A stretch of 39,999 nt of DNA from the IMG/VR virus record IMGVR_UViG_3300028909_000011; one strand, given 5' to 3'. Source of the stretch: a virus. The notes under the pieces are model-generated. The model saw only the letters and a program-made list of their open reading frames with translations, did not search any database and was not told the DNA's origin. The position numbers were made by a program, and so were the translations under genes. Position 1 is the first letter of the stretch. The number at the start of each line of letters is the position of its first letter. Of the stretch, positions 38,622 to 39,999 are shown piece by piece.

Positions 38622-39395
38622 ATGGCAAACCCCTGGGTGCGACTCTGGGTGGACATGCCGAACGACCCGAAGTTTAGAACCATAGCGCAAAAATCGAAAC
38701 AGTCCATCAGCAGCGTCATTGCCGTGTATGTACACATGCTTTGCTGCGCATCGAACGCAACCGAACGCGGACGAACGCAGGGATGGGATGACGAAGATAT
38801 CGCGTCGGCTCTGGATATGGATTGCGCCAGCATTACGGCGATCCGCGAAGCGATGGAGGGAAAATTACTGGAAGGCGATCGGTTGACAGGGTGGGGTAAG
38901 CGCCAGCCGATTAAGGAAGACGGGTCTGCTGAGCGCGGGAAAGCATGGCGCGAAGCCAGGAAAGCAGAGGAAGAACGCTTGCGAACGCTTGCGAACGCAA
39001 ACGAACGACCAGAAGAGATACAGAAGAGAGAAGATACAGAAGAGATAAAGATAAAGAAAGAACCAAAGTCAAAGACAGAGGCACGCGGTACCCGCATACC
39101 CTCCGACTGGACTGCGCCAGAAGCGTACATTGAATTCTGCAAAGCGAATCGCCCTGACCTTGACCCGCAGTTCATGCAAGACAAGTTCCGCGATTACTGG
39201 CATGCAAAGCCGGGGAAGGATGGATTGAAATTGGATTGGCTTGGAACGTGGCGAAATTTCATACGGTCCGAGCGCGCGCCGCAAGCAAGAGGATCGCCGA
39301 ATGGCTACCAGACGGCGAATGAAAAACAAAAATCGATTGCTGACAGATTGACTGGAGGGGGTAACCGTGAGCGCACGATCATCGACATTAATTGA
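38622..39395 (+). CDS. Replication initiator (O-like: N-terminal wHTH, charged linker, C-terminal DnaT-like W-rich domain)
   Basis: 257 aa. Precedes the P-like gene. Contains iterons in the linker-coding DNA. The C-terminus RIPSDWTAPEAYIEFC...FRDYWHAKPGKDGLKLDWLGTWRNFIR is typical of phage initiators. Confidence 0.65.
   Translation: MANPWVRLWVDMPNDPKFRTIAQKSKQSISSVIAVYVHMLCCASNATERGRTQGWDDEDIASALDMDCASITAIREAMEGKLLEGDRLTGWGKRQPIKEDGSAERGKAWREARKAEEERLRTLANANERPEEIQKREDTEEIKIKKEPKSKTEARGTRIPSDWTAPEAYIEFCKANRPDLDPQFMQDKFRDYWHAKPGKDGLKLDWLGTWRNFIRSERAPQARGSPNGYQTANEKQKSIADRLTGGGNRERTIIDIN
38752..39080. promoter_or_regulatory. Putative origin of replication (phased iterons plus purine-rich tract) inside the initiator gene
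   Basis: CGAACGC occurs at 38752, 38762 and 38772. (C)GAACGC/CGAACGA occurs at 38973, 38982, 38992 and 39002. All copies have 10-bp phasing. A roughly 70-nt almost pure purine tract follows, with CAGAAGAGATA repeats (39011-39080). Confidence 0.55.
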
Positions 39396-39834
39396 AAGAT
39401 TCCAGAAAAAGTTAGATGTCACCCCTGGATGTTGGAATTGGACCGCATGTACTACGAAGGGTTATGGCGTATTCCAGGTTTCGAGGGGTGTTTCCAAAAG
39501 AGCCCACAGGGTTTCGTATTGCTTATATATTGGGAATATTGATGATGGGATGTTTGTGTGTCATAGGTGCGATAACCCTCTTTGCGTAAATCCGGATCAT
39601 CTATTTCTTGGGACTCATCAAGACAATATGGATGACATGATTTCAAAAGGGAGAAAGGTTTCTGTGGGAGTGAGGGGAGAAGAAAACAAGAGTGCAAAGC
39701 TTACCGAGCCTCAAGTCAGATTAATATTTTTAGATGACCGCTCATCAAGAACAATTGCCGCGCACTATGGAATCGGGAAAACTATCGTGAATAACATAAA
39801 AAATAAAACAAAATGGAGCCACTTATGGAAGTGA
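39367..39834 (+). CDS. HNH homing endonuclease (HNH_3 type)
   Basis: 155 aa. GTG start 5 nt after GGAGGGGG. CWNWTA...GYG...AHRVSY...VCHRCDNPLCVNPDHLFLGTHQDNMDDM. The start overlaps the initiator gene end by 29 nt. Confidence 0.85.
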   Translation: MSARSSTLIERFQKKLDVTPGCWNWTACTTKGYGVFQVSRGVSKRAHRVSYCLYIGNIDDGMFVCHRCDNPLCVNPDHLFLGTHQDNMDDMISKGRKVSVGVRGEENKSAKLTEPQVRLIFLDDRSSRTIAAHYGIGKTIVNNIKNKTKWSHLWK

Positions 39835-39871
39835 CTACCTTACATCAAAATTCTCCATTGCCAGAAACTTG

Positions 39872-39999
39872 GGTAGAAAAAATTTTTGATCGTATGTTGC
39901 TCAGTTTTGGGAAGAAGTTCATAGACCAATGGGCTGGCGCTGATCCTCAAAAGTTGTTAAATCATTGGACTATTGAATTGGCAGGGTTCACAGGGGCTG
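39872..39999. repeat. Terminal direct repeat, copy 2
   Basis: Identical to bases 1-128. Confidence 0.95.

Overview
The window is one complete, circularly closed dsDNA phage genome. Bases 1-128 recur verbatim at 39872-39999, so the unique length is 39,871 bp. It is a lambdoid/P22-type mosaic podophage.

Rightward genes, in order:
- A Cro-like early operon (34.4-38.1 kb) with NinB, a LuxR-type HTH, NinG/Rap and a DUF2829 (Tad2-like) protein.
- A replication module (38.4 kb, wrapping to 0.64 kb): YdaS/Cro-like HTH, an O-like initiator with internal iterons, an HNH endonuclease and a lambda-P-like loader.
- A coupled triad of DUF4406, a PAPS-reductase/PP-loop enzyme and a standalone FtsK-gamma domain.
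- A small RHH locus.
- A late operon (2.9-25.5 kb): GroES-like, TerS, TerL, a P22-like portal, scaffold and P22-like coat; five small S/T/A/G-rich proteins; gp4-like adaptor, gp10-like and needle-like proteins.
- Still in the late operon: a hydroxylase plus GNAT insertion, three ejection-protein-like genes (the last with an SLT domain), a beta-helix tailspike, holin, lambda-R-like endolysin, a membrane protein, a lipoprotein and a class-3 lipase.

Leftward genes (34.36 down to 25.5 kb) form the early-left operon:
- Several small ORFs, a pentapeptide-repeat protein, a protein with an SSB-like acidic tip, RecT, a YqaJ exonuclease, a Lar-family protein and a wHTH protein.
- A terminal GIY-YIG/NUMOD3 homing endonuclease.

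I could not recognise an integrase, a CI-type repressor, a tRNA, a CRISPR array or a reverse transcriptase.

All homology calls rest on motif recognition by eye, not on database searches.

The candidates I consider most worth follow-up:
- The hydroxylase + GNAT pair embedded in the ejection-protein block.
- The lipase coupled to the lysis cassette.
- The early-left island (an ultra-regular pentapeptide-repeat protein, an SSB-tip mimic, structured non-coding RNA candidates).
- The DUF4406/PP-loop/FtsK-gamma triad.
- The Tad2-like fusion.
- A late operon that looks antitermination-dependent but has no recognisable Q.
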